A stretch of 64,000 bases of DNA from Macrostomum lignano (Eukaryota). Shown piece after piece: positions 31,258 through 46,180 of this stretch. Each line of letters starts with the position of its first letter. Position 1 is the stretch's first letter. The stretch covers positions 434,001-498,000 of the forward strand of contig NIVC01000151.1 in NCBI GenBank assembly GCA_002269645.1, read 5' to 3'. Both the position numbers and the translations under genes were made by a program. The notes beneath the pieces are model-generated. The model was given only the letters and a program-made list of their open reading frames with translations, was not told the origin of the DNA and did not search any database.

Positions 31258-34200
31258 CAAATTAGCAGGCAGTTAATGACATTTAACGCCCGATTATTCT
31301 GTCCCACTTTGTCAAGGACACAAATGTCTATGGCACAATAATAGTAATACCCATGCTTTGCGGGCGTTAATGAGAAATCCTGGGGCGCCTGTACTATTAC
31401 ATTTACTAGGTTTTTATTTAGCTGGGCAGCATACCTAATTATTTATATCGTGTAACGTGTTATTGAAAATACCAGTTTGTACATTTCGATTCTAGCAACA
31501 CGTACTAGACTAGATACGAAAGCATTGGAAAAGAATACCGACCTTTGAACAAATTGATTATGACAAGTGACAAGCGAGCCGTGAGCCGTGTTAATTCGAC
31601 GAATTCGCAAAAAAATTAAAACGTGTACCGAATTTTTTATTTATTAAAATTATAAAACAAATTTTAACACTTTAAGAGGAAGTCATGAAGTTTAAGTACG
31701 TTTGCATAGTTGTGCGGACATTTTTTATTTTAAAAAAATGACAGTATTGATTTTATTTAAAGTACAATATTATATACTGCAAACTTTTTAACTTCGTGTC
31801 ACGCGGTATATTATTTTAATAAATGTATTTTAAAAACATTATCCTACTGAATCCTACTAGTAGGCTGAAAAAAACCGTAAAAATTCCAGACGCTCTTTCA
31901 AATACCTTACTTATACAAATATCGTAATTCGTTTTCAGCGATCGTGTAAAATATTTGTTAACAAATACTAAATACATCGTATAATACTGGCAAAACAGGC
32001 TCCTTGCCTGAGCCAAATTTACTACTACTACTACTGCAAATATACATAGTAAATGATTTATTAGTCATTTATTTTTTAAGGAATTTCTACATAAATTTTA
32101 TACAGATTCAGAGCTGGCATTGTCATCGTGGCATGTATCAATATATGAGCATGAACATGATGCATGATGCATACTCAACCTTCCTAGGCCTACCTATGTT
32201 GCCATGCAACTCAGTTAAAAATAAGACTGTTTTGGCTTCTTGGACTTCTTTTTTTCCTTTGTTTCGTTAGCTCTTATTTAATTAAATTTTCATTTTTTTA
32301 TTCTTTTGTTCTTTGTTCTCTTGCCTTGCTTCTTTTTTATCATTTTGTCTTTGCATTTTCGGAACATAATTTTTGTAACTTACCTTGGCTATTAATCTTT
32401 TTACCTATCTAGATTGTCTTAGTTTTCCAAGGGTTAGCCTATGCCTTTGTATAGCCATGTTTATAAAAGCTAAAACAGTATAATGATAGGGTCATAGTCT
32501 TGTTAGCAATATAACAAGATATAAGCCAGGCTTATAATAAATCATTTTTTATATAGAAATCTAAAGGGGCCATAGCCTATAGGTCTAGTGTAATAGGCCC
32601 CCCTATATTAATGTGGAGCTATCAATAAATTAGAATTGTAAGTTTTTATCTATTTGGTAAATTTTTAAATAGGCCTACCCTTTATAGCTTTAGTACTATC
32701 CCTAAAGCCAAAGGCATAGTATCTTAGTTAGGGCCTATCTTATCTTGTTTTATCTTTTCTTAATGATAAATAAATTTAAGGCCATTGTATACTTCTGAGT
32801 GTTTTCTAATTTAAACTTACCTATGAGTTTACTTATATAGGGATTTATAAAATTAGGCCAATTATGCCTCTTGCTAGTTATCTGACAACATCATTTAAAG
32901 TGCAACCAGGTATATATACCCTCTAAACTTAAAAAGTATAAATCTAATTATTGTGATAATATCTTTTCCTAAAAATATAAGATAGACTAAGAATAATATA
33001 AGTATTTTTTCATAAAATCTAACTAGAGATTGTTAGAAAATTTTACAGTAACAATGGCCAATGTTTATTATTTTTACTAAAATAAAAGTTGCTTATTGTT
33101 AGGGTATTTTTTCATTGTAGATTGGATTATTGGATCAAATATATTGCCAAATCAGTCAATTAATATTAAGGTTTTTGTTTAATAAAAGAATAGATTTTAA
33201 TATGCATAGGGGGCCCTTTGATTCCCTTAGCTACTAAGTATTATTTTGTTAATTTGTCTTCTAAAATAAAGATCTAATAATTAGAGCTATCTTTAGTATA
33301 TTAAGGGTCTACAATATTTACACAAGTGACTTAATCTAGAAAGCTACTAAAATTAAAGATAATGTAGACTCATGGTCAATATGTTAGCAAGCTCTTAATT
33401 GGAAAGTTTTAGCTGATCTTTCAAGCAAAATGTCGGCCTATCTGCATGATCTAAAATCTTGAAAACTTTTCTATATACTAGAAAATTATTCTAAATCCTA
33501 GTCTAGAATCTATAAAGAGAATCAACTGTGAGTATGGCATGGCAATCCAAGCATGCCTACTGTCAGTAGGCTGTTTCATGCTTTCCACTTATTGAGTATA
33601 GACACTTGTTACCTGTTACCTGTCAAAATTCTCTGTAATGCTTAATCACTGCTGTCCACTTGTAACAGCTTGTAATTAGGCCCTAAATGTTTTCACAACT
33701 CAGGAAAACATACCAGAAGTTGAGCTTTGAGCTATTTAGATTGCCCAGTTGTTTCTTCTGTATCAGTGTGTAACTGTGTGCTTACTACTCTGTCCCCTCT
33801 GACCAGGCACTCCTGACACATTGGCTTCGTGCTCGTGAGAACTCGGGAGAACAGTGCTCACGAATCACACTGTCAATGCCAATTATAGCAGTTCCACGCC
33901 ACAATAAAGTAGACAATGACGTATTGAGTTGATTGTGTGCTGGATAGAAAGCAGATAAGCTGGGCTCTGGGGGAGGCCGCTCAGCAGATATTGGCGGCTC
34001 GTTCCCCGCGCCGACACCCCCTGGCAGATAAGGCCGCCCTATTAGACTGGCGGCTCTGGGCCAAGTCGGGGCTCAGGCTGAGGAATCTGCAGTTTAGCGG
34101 CTTCGCATTTGCGTCAGTTATCACCTGTGCTCTTCATTTGGCTGCTGTTGCAGGCGGCTAGCAAGCTTCCCATAGCCGGGCTAAGAGCACACCCGCGCCG

Positions 34201-35664
34201 ATGGCCATGGAGGACGAGGACGCCGACATCGGGGTTGGTGGCGACCTGCGGCGGCCCAGCCAGGCGGGCCACAGCCTGTTGCAGCAGTCCGGTGACGACT
34301 TCGCCAACGTGGCACCACCCAACCCGCCAGACAAGGGCTACGGCTGGTTTGTGGTGCTCGGCTCCTTCCTCTGCAACGCCCTGGTGGACGGCTGCTGCTT
34401 CTCCTACGGCGTCATGCAGCCGCACATCGCCTCATCTTTTGCTGATGCATCGCCTTCGATGCTGTCCCTGGGTGGCAGCGTTCTCACTGGGACCTACCTG
34501 TTCACAGGTGAGCAGCTGAAGTAGCATTCTCACTGGGACCTACCTGTTCACAGCTGTCAGGTAGCATTCTCACTGGGACCTACCTGTTCACAGTTGTCAG
34601 GTAGCATTCTCACTGGGACCTACCTGTTTACAGTGAGTAGTTTTGCACCCAAAGCAAGGTTCCCTCAAACCCTGGCCTTCTATTTGCATTAAACAGGTCC
34701 CTTGAGCTCAGCCCTGGCCAACATGTTCGGTTGCCGGGCGGTTGTCATGACCGGCGCCCTACTAACTATGCTGGCATTCTTCGCCGCCTCCTTCGTGTCC
34801 AGCATCCACGCCTTCATCGGGGTGTTCGGATTTCTTGGCGGTGAGCGATGCAGTTTTCCTCGTAGAAACCCGAGCCTGGCTTATTAGGCTGTCCCTGATC
34901 CACAGAATACCTGGCTCTGAGCCTGGCTTATTAGGCTGTCCCTGATCCACAGAATACCTGGCTCTGAGCCTGGCTTATTAGGCTGTCCCTGATCCACAGA
35001 ATGCCTGCGCAACACCTGGCTCTGAGCCTGGCTCATTAGGCTGTCCCTGATCCACAGAATGCCTGCGCAACACCTGACTCTGAGCCTGGCTCATTAGGCT
35101 GTCCCTGATCCACAGAATGCCTGCGCAACACCTGGCTCTGAGCCTGGCTCATTAGGCTGTCCCGTTTTACAGAGTTCCTGCGCAAACTTCTGGTCAGCGC
35201 TATCGGCCACACTCGGGCCATAAAGTGGCTCTGCAGGTCTGCCCCGCGTCTTTTGTCTGCATATACAGTATTTACGACCCGCAGGCACTTTAGATTGTAT
35301 ATAAAAATGTGTGCATATTGTGTAGTTTTTACAAGACCGACTGCCCAGTGCGGGGCTAAAAGTGTCACAGACAAGAGAATATATTTATTCAGCTTTTGAG
35401 TCACTTTGCGGCCTTAATATTTTCTCCCCAGACGTTTAATTTTTATATCCAATAACGATTGTTAAGTTAAAGTGCACTGTGCTGCGTTTCGTTTTTATGA
35501 GTGACCGCGCTGATAAAAATGCGAATTGTCTGATCAGAATGTGGGAGGGGGCAGCCTGCTCACACTGAAGGGAGCAGCTTAGCCAGCCATTCGAAGCTAT
35601 TTGTCCATAAACCAATCAGTGCAACCCACCCTCCCCACCCACCCTGTCTGTGTGTCTGTCTGGG

Positions 35665-35725
<61 letters not shown>

Positions 35726-35806
35726 GTCTGTCTGTCTGTCTGTCTGTGTCTGTCTGTCTGCATGTCTGTCTGTCTGTGTCTGTCTGTCTGTCTCTCTGTC
35801 TGTCTG

Positions 35807-35879
<73 letters not shown>

Positions 35880-35880
35880 G

Positions 35881-35929
<49 letters not shown>

Positions 35930-36668
35930 TAGTGTCTGTCTGTCTGTCTGTCTCTCTGTCTGTCTGTGTCTGTCTGTCTGTCTGTCCGCCAGTCCCCTCC
36001 AGCCAGTTCACCAGTCCATCCTAACCCGCCGCAGGCATTGGTTTCGGCCTCATTTACCTGCCTGCCGTGGTCACCGTCGGCTTTTGGTTTGAGAAGCGGC
36101 GCGCATTCGCTACGGGCATCGCCGTCTGCGGCAGCGGCATCGGCACGGCGGTCTTTGCCCTGCTGACGGACGGCTTGATCGATGTGTACTCGTGGCGCGG
36201 CACCGTCATGATCCTGGCTGGCCTCGTGTTCAACTGCGCCGTGGCCGGCAGCTTCTTCATGCCGCTGGAGCGCTACTACCTCATCCTGACCCTGCGGGAG
36301 CGCCGGCGCCGCGCCAAAGGCGAGCCGATGGTGCGCGGCCACATCATTGAGAGGCTGATCGAGAATAAGCGGCGCGAGAGGAACATCAGCCAGGGCTCTC
36401 TGAACGGCTGGATCATCACCACCAACAACAAGGTGCTTGGCGAATGACCTGTGCAGCTCCTGTTGCTGTGTAGGAATTTTAGTATTCGCTCTGCAGCCCT
36501 CTTTAGTCATCGCCCTCCTCCCCCCCTTTGCTCTCGCCAGGTGGAGCCGCCGCCGCCCGACTTCGACGACCGGCCGATGCTGAACACGGACGCCATCCAG
36601 CGCATCGCCGAGAACGTCCTGCGCAGGAAAATCAGCCACGGCCGGCGCTTCACCACCACGGCTGCAGC

Positions 36669-36699
<31 letters not shown>

Positions 36700-39600
36700 G
36701 CCTCGGCGAACGGCGGCGGCAACCGCAGCGGCACGATCAGCGGCGGAGTTGGCGAAGGCGCCGGCGGCCTGTACCAGCAGAACGAGCAGCAGCAGCGGCC
36801 GCAGCTGCCGCAGCTGGTCAGGGACTACTCGCAGAGCCAGACCTCGCTGTCTCAGCCCAGCCACAGCGCGCCGCAGTCCAAGGCGCAGTCAATTCAGTCT
36901 CTGCAGCAGCAGCAGCCGCCAACCGCCGTAGCCGCCGACCCGGCGCTGAAGGTGGAGATGCGGGAGGCGATCTCCAAGTCGGTGCTGCGCGAGATGCACC
37001 GGCCGATGAACCGTAAGGACGCCTTCCTCATCTCCGGCTCGCTGCACCAGTTGGCCGAGTACGCGCAGAGCCGGGCCAGCGTGGCGGGCACCCGGGAGTA
37101 CTACAAGTCCATCACCTCCATTCCGCCCGAGGTCGGCCAGCCGGGAGCGCCCGTCAAGTCCGCCATTCGCCAGATGCTGGACTTCAGCATTCTGAAATCC
37201 GCCACCTTTTGTCTGCTGCTGTTCACCGCCGTGCTCACCATGATGGGTGAGCGCGAGGCCTGAGCCCATCCTACAGTAGTCCTGATCCCGAATCCAACAA
37301 TCCTGATCCCGAATCCAACAGTCCTGATCCCGAACCTACAGTCCTGATCCCGAATCCTACAGTCCTGATCCCGAATCCTACAGTCCTGATCCCGAATCCA
37401 ACAGTCCTGATCCCGAATCCTACAGTCCTGATCCCGAATCCAACAGTCCTGATCCCGAATCCTACAGTCCTGATCCCGAATCCAACAGTCCTGATCCCGA
37501 ATCCTACAGTCCTGATCCCGAATCCAGCAGTCCTGATCCCGAATCCAACAATCCTGATCCCGAATCCAACAGTCCTGATCCCGAACCTACAGTCCTGATC
37601 CCGAATCCTACAGTCCTGATCCCGAATCCTACAGTCCTGATCCCGAATCCAACAGTCCTGATCCCGAATCCTACAGTCCTGATCCCGAATCCTACAGTCC
37701 TGATCCCGAATCCTACAATCCTGATCCCGAATCCTACAATCCTGATCCCGAATCCAACAATCCTGATCCCGAATCCAGCAGTCCTGATCCCGAATCCAGC
37801 AGTCCTGATCCCGAATCCTACAGTCCTGATCCCGAATCCAACAATCCTGATCCCGAATCCAACAGTCCTGATCCCGAATCCAACAGTCCTGATCCCGAAT
37901 CCTACAGTCCTGATCCCGAATCCAACAGTCCTGATCCCGAATCCAACAGTCCTGATCCCGAATCCTACAGTCCTGATCCCGAATCCAACAGTCCTGATCC
38001 CGAATCCAACAGTCCTGATCCCGAATCCAACAGTCCTGATCCCGAATCCTACAGTCCTGATCCCGAATCCAACAGTCCTGATCCCGAATCCTACAGTCCT
38101 GATCCCGAATCCTACAGTCCTGATCCCGAATCCTACAGTCCTGATCCCGAATCCTACAGTCCTGATCCCGAATCCTACAGTCCTGATCCCGAATCCAACA
38201 ATCCTGATCCCGAATCCAACAGTCCTGATCCCGAATCCTACAGTCCTGATCCCGAATCCTACAGTCCTGATCCCGAATCCAACAATCCTGATCCCGAATC
38301 CAGCAGTCCTGATCCCGAATCCAACAGTCCTGATCCCGAATCCTACAGTCCTGATCCCGAATCCTACAGTCCTGATCCCGAATCCTACAGTCCTGATCCC
38401 GAATCCTACAGTCCTGATCCCGAATCCTACAGTCCTGATCCCAGAGTCGCTGTCTCATCGCAGTGTTTCCAGTGCTTCAACCGTCGTGTCCCCCTGCTTA
38501 TTCAGCTCAGCGAAATCTTGTCCAAAAGTGTTGATTTGCTATCGTTAATTTAGTTCAGTTTGTTACTCCCGCCATGTGTCAGTCAAACTCTATCGCACCC
38601 CACCCCGTCCCCTTATCTTCGGCCTCTGTCGCTGGGTCGCTTTACAGCTTTTCCACCTGGCGCCTTGCCGCTGATTGACAGTCTGAGCTGAGCCAAATTT
38701 TTGCCTGCGAGCTCGAGCTGCCAACTATTTTAATTAACCGGCTTTTTGCCGAACTTATTCAAATGGCTTGTCTAGGAAGGCCTTGTCGGAGCAAATAGTC
38801 TTTCCTTCAGAGAGTAGTTCTCACCCTCAGAGAGGAATCTCATCCTGAGTGGGGAACCTCACCCTCACAGAAGATCCTCATCCTGTGTGGAGAATCTCAT
38901 CCTCAAGAAGATTCTCATTCTTAATGAAGAATCTCACCTTTAGAGAAGAATCTCATCCTGAGTAGAGAATCTCATCCTCAAGAAGATTCTCATTCTGAAT
39001 GGAGAATCTCACCTTTAGAGAAGAATCTCATCCTGAGTGGAGAATCTCACCCTCAGAAAAAATCTTACCCTGATTGGAGAATCTCACTCTCAGAAAATAT
39101 TCTCACCCTGTGTGAAGAATCTCACCCTCAGAGAAGAATCTCATCCTGAGTGGAGAATCTCACCCTCAGAGAAGAATCTCATCCTGAGTGGAGAATCTCA
39201 CCCTCAGAGAAGAATCTCATCGTGAGTGGAGAATCTCACCCTCGGAGAAGAATCTCATCCTGAGTGGAGAATCTCACCCTCAGAGAAGAATCGCACCGTC
39301 AGTTAAGAATCTTACCCAAAGAGCCCGCCGGCCCGCCCACAGGCTTCCTGCAATTCTATCAGTTCATCAAGATGTACGCCATGAACCGGGGCGTCCCGGA
39401 CAGACAGGCGACGCTGCTGGTTTTCCTCATCGGCATCGCCAACACCGTCGGCCGGATTCTGTCCGGTACGTGCTGCCTGCTGTCTGCGGTATCTGCTGTC
39501 TATGCTGTGTCTGCTGCCTGCTGTCTACTGTGTCTGCTGTCTGCTGTGTCTGCTGCCTGGTGTCTGCGGTATCTGCTGTCTTTGCTGTGTCTGCTGTCTG

Positions 39601-41857
39601 CTGTGTCTGCTGCCTGCTGTCTGCTGCCTGCTGTCTGCGGTATCTGCTGTCTTTGCTGTGTCTGCTGCCTGGTGTCTGCGGTATCTGCTGTCTTTGCTGT
39701 GTCTGCTGTCTGCGGTATCTGCTGTCTTTGCTGTGTCTGCTGTCTGCTGTGTCTGCTGCCTGGTGTCTGCGGTATCTGCTGTCTTTGCTGTGTCTGCTGT
39801 CTGCTGTGTCTGCTGCCTGGTGTCTGCGGTATCTGCTGTCTTTGCTGTGTCTGCTGTCTGCTATGTCTGCTGTCTGCTGTGTCTGCTGTGTCTGCTGTGT
39901 CTGCTGTGTTTGCTGTCTGCTGTGTCTGCTGTGTGCTGTCTGCTGTGTCTGCTGCCTACTGTGTTTTTTCGTTTGTTTCGTACCCACTTTGCTGTCTCCC
40001 AAAGCTGATGCTGAATCGCCGCCGTAGCTGGCAGGATTATATTTAGCTTATCCACTCTAGTTATTGATTTCTGCAGGTGCGCGCCCCTCGTAACCAGCGG
40101 TAATTAATTATTTGCTGCCTTACTCTTGTTCTTGTTCTTGCAACTCGTGCTGAACTTGATTGTTGGTTCAGCGTGTGTTGTAGGCTTCTGGTGGCTTGGG
40201 TGCCTTTGCCGTGGAGTCGCCCATAAAAGTGCACGCGCTTCAATACACGTAGTGCTGCTTGTTTATTTTTGTCTTGTTGACATTGGTGTCTTTTGTTGTT
40301 GCAGTATGCGATTAATAATCAGCTGATTATTACTGAAACTTACCGACCACACCTTAGCTATTAATGTGCACATTCCCTACCCACCCAGTCAGGAATGTAC
40401 ACATTCCCTACCCACCCAGTCAGGAATTTACACATTCCCTACCCACCCAGTCAGGCCCACCCAGTCAGGAATGTACGCATTCCCTTACCCACCCAGTCAG
40501 GAATGTACGCATTCCCTACCCACCCAGTCAGGAATGTACGCATTCCCTACCCACCCAGTCAGGAATGTACGCATTCCCTACCCCACCCAGTCAGGAATGT
40601 ACACATTCCCTACCCCACCCAACCAGTCAGAATGTGCGCATTCCCTACCCATCAGTCAGAATGTGCGCATTCCCTACCCATCAGTCAGAATGTGCGCATT
40701 CCCTACCCATCAGTCAGAATGTGCGCATTCCCTACCCATCAGTCAGAATGTGCGCATTCCCTACCCATCAGTCAGAATGTGCGCATTCCCTATCCACCAG
40801 TCAGGAATGTGCGCATTCCCTATCCACCCGTCAGGAATGTACACATTACCCCCCCCCAAGCGTAGTGCATGCTAATGGCTGTACTGAACCGTTCGCATGC
40901 TTCCAGCATGCCAATTTATTTCCCCGTGAGGGCAAGCCCAGCACCCTGTCACTGGACTATGCATTACCTACAGAGGAAACCGTTTGACCCGCAGGCTGGG
41001 CCAGCGACAGGCCCTGGGCCGACTGCCTGTGGATCAACAACATCGCCCTGATTGGCTCCGGCCTGGCCACGGCCGCGATCCCCTTCTGCAGCACCTTCCT
41101 GCCCATGGTCGTCTGCGCCTGCGTTTACGGACTCTTCATCTGTGAGCTTTGCGGCTGCTGACCTTCCTTTGACCTTTAATTGTTATAGCCTTGATTTGAT
41201 CTTTAATTGTCCTTGCATTAATACGGCTATTAAATGACCTTCACTTATTTGAGACATTTAAGCGTCCTTGAACCAGTTTGGAACATTCGGCTGTCCCTGA
41301 CCTACTTTGACCTTCAAATGCCCTTGAACTAATTTTGCTTCACCCCCCCCTTATCCTCAGCCGCGTGGGTATCGCTGCGCACCATCTTGGTGGTGGAGCT
41401 GATGGGGCTGGAGAGGCTGACCAACGCCTTCGGCTTGCTGCTGCTGTTCCAGGGCTTCGGCATCGTGGTCGGCCCGCCGCTGAGCTCCGCCATTGACGAG
41501 CTGGACCCCACCGGCCACTTCTCGCTGTCGTTTTACACTGCGGGCGCCCTGCTCGTCCTGTCCGGCCTTCTGGGCGTCCCGCTGCGCGCTCTCAGCCGCT
41601 GGGAGGCCGGCCGGGAGACCCGCAAGGCGGCCTCGGCTGGCAGGAAGAGCACCGGCCTTCACTGCAGCATCCTCATCTCCTCATCGCAGCCAATCGAGAC
41701 AGATGGGCAGCAGCAGCAGCTGGGGGAGCAGAAGCTGGAGGGGCTGGTCGAGGAAGAGGCTTGCGAGATGGCCGCGACAGCGACGGGGACGGAGCTGCAG
41801 CGGCGCAGTGTCCGCGGTGATTCGTCGCCAACGGCCGACATTGAGAGCCGCCTGTGA
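34201..41857 (+). CDS. Monocarboxylate transporter (SLC16/MCT family, MFS), 7 coding exons
   Basis: Exons 34201-34507, 34697-34840, 36035-36432, 36541-37246, 39343-39465, 40995-41141, 41361-41857, all GT-AG with consistent phases. MCT signature [41 protein letters not shown]. Confidence 0.92.
34870..35165. repeat. 43-57-bp tandem repeat in MCT intron 2
   Basis: Unit GAGCCTGGCTYATTAGGCTGTCCCTGATCCACAGAAT... Confidence 0.85.
35645..35985. repeat. (CTGT)n microsatellite
   Basis: Simple repeat; gives the spurious CLSV/QTDR ORFs. Confidence 0.95.
37271..38442. repeat. 21-bp minisatellite (CAGTCCTGATCCCGAATCCWA)n, ~55 copies
   Basis: Direct tandem repetition in MCT intron 4. Confidence 0.95.
38815..39295. 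repeat. Degenerate ~18-bp tandem repeat (GAGAATCTCACCCTCAG-like)
   Basis: Repeated GAATCTCA(C/T)CCT core. Confidence 0.85.
39470..39960. repeat. Low-complexity (TGCTGTC/TGTCTGC)n repeat
   Basis: Simple-sequence array in MCT intron 5. Confidence 0.9.
40365..40850. repeat. ~29-bp minisatellite (CCCACCCAGTCAGGAATGTACGCATTCCCTA)n
   Basis: Direct tandem repetition. Confidence 0.9.
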
Positions 41858-42524
41858 GCGCTGAGTGACGGCCTTCTCTGTACTTTTGTGTCCCAGTGCT
41901 CAGTGCCGCCAATGACTGCTCTGTGACTATTGCAGCTCACTGTTATTTGATTGCATTGTAAATTCAACAGCTTTCACGCTGTGGACTCCAGTCGCAGCTG
42001 GAGATTCGCTTTGCTTTTTGTCCCGTCTGGTTTGTTGATTTCCGATCCCGAAATTTCCGAAATTTTATATCGTGGAAATCGTGTGACGAGTTGAGATGTG
42101 ACAGACCAGCAGGTCTTTTTGTGAAGCTTGTGAAAGCGGCTCAGTAGATGCGGCTCGCCGTAGCTCCGAGTAGCCAATTGAAAATTTCACCACCGAATCG
42201 ACTGTGTACTCGAATTTGACTTTCCTAACTTCTGCAGCCAGTTGTGCAGTTGCCTCCTAATTGTTCACAATGCAGCCCTGCCGTTCTTTGCATATTTTCA
42301 TTTCTGTGCTTCTGATGACGTGATCAAATAAAAATGCAATACTGCCGATTCCTTGCAACTGCCTCTGCTGGGTTGGCTCTAATACTTTTTGCTAACTTGT
42401 GTTATTTCTGTACTAGCGTGCTGTTCTAAATTGCTGCAGTTGTTTAAAGCACTGCAGTTAAAAGAGCTCTGCAGCAGCTCTTGGGTTGCCGAGTCTAAAA
42501 GCTAACGGTTTCTGAGCTGCCGGA

Positions 42525-43010
42525 CCACCCTCCCAGATCCTCGGTTGCTGGGTTGCTGGGCTGCCCTCCCAGATCCACTGCTGCCAGACCGCTCTCCCAG
42601 ACTCTTAGATTCTGGGCCACTGTCCCATTTCCTCAGTTGCTGGGCCAGCCTCCCAGATCCTCAGTTGCTGAGCCAGCCTTCCAAATCCCCAGTTGCTGGG
42701 CTACCCTCCTAGATCCTCAGTTGCTGGGCTACCCTCCCAGATCCCCAGTTGCTGAGCCAGCCTTCCAGATCCTCAGTTGCTGGGCTACCATCCCAGATCC
42801 CCAGTTGCTGAGCTAGCCTTCTAGATCCTCAGTTGCTGGGCTACCCTCCCAGATCCTCAGTTGCTGGCTACACTCTTAGATCCTCAGTTGCTGGGCTACC
42901 CTCCCAGATCCCCAGTTGCTGGGCTTCACTCCCAGATCCCCAGTTGCTGAGCCAGCCTTCCAGATCCTCAGTTGCTGGGCTACCCTCCCAGATCCTCAGT
43001 TGCTAGGCAG
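42525..43010. repeat. ~28-bp degenerate minisatellite (CCCAGATCCTCAGTTGCTGGGCTACCCT)n
   Basis: Direct tandem repetition upstream of the METTL2-like gene. Confidence 0.85.
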
Positions 43011-43049
43011 CCAGCCTTGCACACTTTCAACCTCCTTCCCCTCTCCCTC

Positions 43050-44855
43050 ATGAACCCCACCACCCCATCGCCGGCTGCTCAACCAGAGGCGGTCGCGGCC
43101 GCGTGCGGCAGCCGGCCGAGCGGCTTTGGCGGCCGCTTCCTCACGGACGAGTCGCGCGTGTTCGAGCAGAACGCCTGGGACAACGCGGCCTGCAGCCCGG
43201 CTGAGGAGGCGGCCCTGGCCGCTTCGGTCGAGGCCAAGGCGGCTAAGAAGATGCCGGCCGATGAGGCGCAGAAGCTGGACGAAGAAGCGGCTAGCAACTG
43301 GGACAAGTGAGGCAGCTGCCGTCCTTTCTTGGGCTATCGGTCTTGAGGCTCCCAACTTCAAGAATCGCCACAGCCCCAATGAGAATCGCCTCAGCCCCAA
43401 TGAGAATCGTCCCAGTCCCAATGAGAATCATCTCAGTCCCAATGAGAATCGCCTCAGCCCCAATGAGAATCCTCCCAGTCCCAATGAGAATCATCTCAGT
43501 CCCAATGAGAATCGCCTCAGCCCCATTGAGAATCGCCACAGCCCCATTGAGAATCGCCTCAGCCCCAATGAGAATCGCCACAGTCCCAATGAGAATCGCC
43601 TCAGTCCCAATGAGAATCGCCACAGTCCCAATGAGAATCGCCGCAGTCCCCATGAGAATCACCACAGTCCCAATGAGAATCGCCACAGTCCTAATGAGAA
43701 TCGCCGCAGTCCCAATGAGAATCGCCACAGTCCCAATGAGAATCGCCGCAGCCCCATTGAGAATCGCCTCAGCCCCATTGAGAATCTCCGCAGTCCCAAT
43801 GAGAATCGCCACAGTCCCAATGAGAATCGCCGCAGTCCCAATGATAATCGCCTCAGTCACAATGATAATCGCCTCAGTCCCAATGATAGTCGCCTCAGCC
43901 CCAATGAGAATCGCCACGGCCCCTATGAGAATCGCCACAGTCCTAATGAGAATCGTCTCAGCCCCAATGAGAATCGCCACAGCCCCAATGAGAATCGCCT
44001 CAACCCAATGAGAACCGCCTCAGCCCAATGAGAATCGCCACAGTCCCAATGATAGTCGCCTCAGCCCCATTGAGAATCGCCTCAGCCCCAATGAGAATCG
44101 CCACAGCCTTAATGAGAATCGCCGCAGCCCCATTTTAGAATCGCCACAGTCCCAATGAGAATCGCCACAGCCCTAATGAGAATCGCCGCAGCCCCATTGA
44201 GAATCGCCACAGTCCCAATGAGAATCGACGCAGCCCCATTGAGAATCGCCTCAGCCCCATTGAGAATCTCCGCAGTCCCAATGAGAATCACCCCACAACA
44301 CGACTACCGATTTCCAATGCTTTTATGACTGCTGACCCGCCACCGCAGGTTCTACTCGCTGCACCGCGACCGGTTCTTCAAGGACCGGCACTGGCTGCTC
44401 ACCGAGTTCGACGAGTTGCGCACAGCTGGTCGCGTCCTGGAAGTCGGCTGCGGTGCCGGCAACTCCGCACCACTGCTGCAGGCCGCGGCCGCCTCTGCCG
44501 AGGATGCAGCAGGTGCCAGCGGTGGCTGCGGCTTGCAGCGCCTCTTTGCCTGCGACTTTTCGCCGCGGGCGGTCCAGCTGCTGGCGGAGTCGCCAGAGTG
44601 CCAGCGGGACGACAGGCGAGTTCAGGCTGCTGCCTGCTGGTCTTCGTTCAGAAATTTATTTTAGCCCATTGGAAACTCGGCTTCTCTGATTCGCTTTGCG
44701 CAGTTGCTTTCTGCCTGGGCAGTCACCCGAATACCGGATGTCTGCTAACTTCTACAAGGAAACGGGCGCGTTCCAGCAGGTCGAACCTTGCTCATTTGGC
44801 CTCCCGTCACCTCCCAGATCCCAGATCTTTCATGGAACCTATCTGTCTGTCTGAC

Positions 44856-44940
<85 letters not shown>

Positions 44941-45003
44941 GCCTCTGACTGACTGTCTGTCTGTCTGTCTGTCTGCCTGTCTGTCTGTCTGTCTGTCTGT
45001 CTT

Positions 45004-45038
<35 letters not shown>

Positions 45039-45150
45039 GCCTCTGACTGACTGTCTGTCTGTCTGTCTGCCTGTCTGTCTGTCTGTCTATGTGTCTGTCT
45101 GTCTGTCTGTCTGTCTGTCTGCCTGCCTGCCTGCCTCTGACTGACTGTCA

Positions 45151-45182
<32 letters not shown>

Positions 45183-45201
45183 GCCTGCCTGCCTCTAACT
45201 T

Positions 45202-45232
<31 letters not shown>

Positions 45233-45235
45233 GAC

Positions 45236-45308
<73 letters not shown>

Positions 45309-45404
45309 GCCTCTGACTGACTGTCTGTCTACCTGTCTGTCTGTCTGTCTATGTGTCTGTCTGTCTGTCTGTATGTCTGTCTGACTGCCTCTGACTGACT
45401 GTCA

Positions 45405-45462
<58 letters not shown>

Positions 45463-45481
45463 GCTGCCTCTGCCTGCTGCC

Positions 45482-45516
<35 letters not shown>

Positions 45517-45525
45517 GTCTGTCTT

Positions 45526-45616
<91 letters not shown>

Positions 45617-45679
45617 GCCTCTGACTGACTGTCTGTCTGTCTGTCTGTCTGCCTGTCTGTCTGTCTGTCTGTCTGTCTT

Positions 45680-45714
<35 letters not shown>

Positions 45715-45958
45715 GCCTCTGACTGACTGTCTGTCTGTCTGTCTGCCTGTCTGTCTGTCTGTCTATGTGTCTGTCTGTCTGTCTGTCTGTCTGTCTGCCT
45801 GCCTGCCTGCCTCTGACTGTCTGTCTTAGTGTCTGTCTGTCTGTCTGTCTGTCTGTCTGCCTGCCTCTGACTGACTGTCTGTCTACCTGTCTGTCTGTCT
45901 GTCTATGTGTCTGTCTGTCTGTCTGTATGTCTGTCTGACTGCCTCTGACTGACTGTCA

Positions 45959-46018
<60 letters not shown>

Positions 46019-46043
46019 GCCTGCCTGCCTCTGCCTGCCTGCC

Positions 46044-46078
<35 letters not shown>

Positions 46079-46087
46079 GTCTGTCTT

Positions 46088-46126
<39 letters not shown>

Positions 46127-46135
46127 GTCTGTCTT

Positions 46136-46180
<45 letters not shown>

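Noticed and set aside
37271-38458. Long repetitive ORFs (RIRDQDC; also SPNENR, QGHQSDQLT, CLSV/QTDR, SAVCC)
   Set aside because: Products of tandem repeats whose unit length is a multiple of 3 or lacks stops; they lie in introns of identified genes.
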